Shown here piece after piece: positions 62,657-64,000 of a stretch of 64,000 nucleotides of DNA (within the stretch, counting starts at the first letter, position 1; each line of letters starts with the position of its first letter). The notes under the pieces are model-generated. The model saw nothing but the letters and a program-made list of their open reading frames with translations, was not told the origin of the DNA and did no database searches. The stretch is taken from the sequence record NC_047815.1, one strand, 5' to 3'. The translations under genes were made by a program, and so were the position numbers.

Positions 62657-63988
62657 CTAACCAAATACGATGTTTGAAATTGCAAGATAGGTCACATCAT
62701 TCGAGTTACCGCGATCTCCACCACCAAACGCGTACAGCCAAACTTCTTCGCCTGCTGGAATGTTGGTATCAAACGTAATTGTCTGCATGACGTTGGCGCT
62801 GTTGTATACCCGCTGTGCAGCAGCCTCACCAGCATAACGCTCATAGATAGACATATCATGCCATGCTCCGTTGATACCATCAAACACCCACTGGAATGTG
62901 ATCTGCTTGATAGGCTTGACGAAGCTGTTGTTGAACTTGAACCAGCCTTGAGAGCCACCCCAGAAGTTCATGTAGCTGCCATCCCACGCTTTGAGATTCG
63001 CTACACTGCCACTAACACCGCGACCATCAACTTGATCGAATGCGTAACAGAACCAAGGTAAATCATCAGCTATTGGCGGCTGTGCTGAACCTCCCTCAAT
63101 AACAACGCAACGATAAGGAACAAGGAAGTCGCTGACGTCAATCTTAGGCGGCTGCACAGGACAGTAAACAAAGTATTGCCAGTCACAACCAATAGCTGCC
63201 GTCACTCGCACCACGATGTTCTGACGCAGCACATGTTCGGGATACTTCCAGAACTCAAGCGTACCAGTAGAGTTAGCTCCAAGAATCTCTGTGTCAAGCA
63301 GGTTCATGCTCTGATCAAACACTTCAAACTTGGTAGCGAAGTTGCCACTGTTGACCTGAATCAAACCAGCACGAATATCTGTCTGCGCACCAAGTGCAAA
63401 GCAGTCTTCTGTAACAGGATGACCCATGCTGCTGACTGTATAGCTTTCACAAGGGTGTCTGTACTCACGCGCACCACGTTCGGACGGGCAGTACAGATTG
63501 TAGTAGTTCGACTGTAAACTAGTTGCTGAACCAAAATCCTTGCTGACTACACGAATCATCAGGTCATAGCAGTTACTGCCACGTGGGTCAAACAGGAAGT
63601 AGAGATAACCGTTTGCTGTTTGTGCGTCAAGCGTTGTAGCAATACGACGACCACTATGATAGACCTCAATAAAGTCATAGGTCTCCCACGATGTGAAGTC
63701 AAGATACATCCAACCAGCAACCGTACCGATATAGTGATAATACTCAAACGCATTAGCATCCTGTATGCGAGCAGCAATAGGATAAACAGATGCGTGACAC
63801 GGTGCTGGGAATACTGGAGTACCGATATAGTCAGGATGCACAACATCTGGGAAGTTGATAACATCATAACTAAGCTGACTGTCTAGTGCTAAATTACCAC
63901 GATCAGAGGTTACAACAAGGCGCGGCGGGAACACTTGCAGCGACCAGTGAGCACCAGCCTCTGTACGCACACGAACCATGATACGCAT
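62657..63988 (-). CDS. putative baseplate/tail structural protein with repeated beta domains
   Basis: Repeated 'IxVRVxxxxGxxWxYxxYCP' ends; Tyr/Trp-rich. Confidence 0.55.
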   Translation of the reverse strand: MRIMVRVRTEAGAHWSLQVFPPRLVVTSDRGNLALDSQLSYDVINFPDVVHPDYIGTPVFPAPCHASVYPIAARIQDANAFEYYHYIGTVAGWMYLDFTSWETYDFIEVYHSGRRIATTLDAQTANGYLYFLFDPRGSNCYDLMIRVVSKDFGSATSLQSNYYNLYCPSERGAREYRHPCESYTVSSMGHPVTEDCFALGAQTDIRAGLIQVNSGNFATKFEVFDQSMNLLDTEILGANSTGTLEFWKYPEHVLRQNIVVRVTAAIGCDWQYFVYCPVQPPKIDVSDFLVPYRCVVIEGGSAQPPIADDLPWFCYAFDQVDGRGVSGSVANLKAWDGSYMNFWGGSQGWFKFNNSFVKPIKQITFQWVFDGINGAWHDMSIYERYAGEAAAQRVYNSANVMQTITFDTNIPAGEEVWLYAFGGGDRGNSNDVTYLAISNIVFG

Positions 63989-64000
63989 GTCATCAGCATC

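Noticed and set aside
24-63886. Numerous antisense and alternate-frame ORFs in the six-frame track (for example 1147-1686, 4333-4779, 23008-23586, 53209-53970, 59881-60705)
   Set aside because: They lie wholly within well-supported genes on the other strand or frame, lack an RBS or motifs, and break the strict strand organisation.
1-64000. tRNA, rRNA, CRISPR array, integrase or transposase
   Set aside because: None was recognisable by eye. Intergenic gaps are short and explained by terminators, promoter-like motifs or small ORFs. A covariance-model scan was not run.

Overview
The window is a gene-dense segment of a large lytic tailed phage, most likely a jumbo myovirus of a Gram-negative host (it encodes lipoproteins and spanin-like genes). 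Its resemblance to the 'hairy' Lu11/PaBG/Erwinia Y3/Dickeya JA-AD1 group is my inference and is not verified. Positions 1-37,373 are read on the + strand and carry a DnaB-like helicase, an intein-containing large terminase, a probable portal, a 5'-3' exonuclease, a macrodomain protein, Dam, dCMP deaminase, ThyA, MazG-like proteins and many small accessory ORFs. After a bidirectional terminator at about 37,400, everything is on the - strand: a holin/spanin-like cassette, a tandem array of about 15 related putative virion proteins, fibre and collagen proteins, and a small membrane/periplasmic operon. The strongest signal is an apparent carboxy-SAM-dependent DNA hypermodification pathway. It comprises a CmoA-like Cx-SAM synthase, a glutaminase-less asparagine-synthetase-like amide ligase, and an intein-interrupted C5-cytosine methyltransferase whose motif X reads G-R instead of G-N. 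Directly beside the first two genes is a 44-aa (Asp-Pro-Ala)x9 peptide gene, absent from the ORF track, with its own promoter-like motif, RBS and terminator, followed by a prolyl-4-hydroxylase-like oxygenase. This pair could be an undescribed peptide-modification (RiPP-like) system. A strand-specific CTGTAAAT motif is a likely phage promoter. I found no tRNA, rRNA or CRISPR array. All calls come from motif reading by eye; no database search was run.
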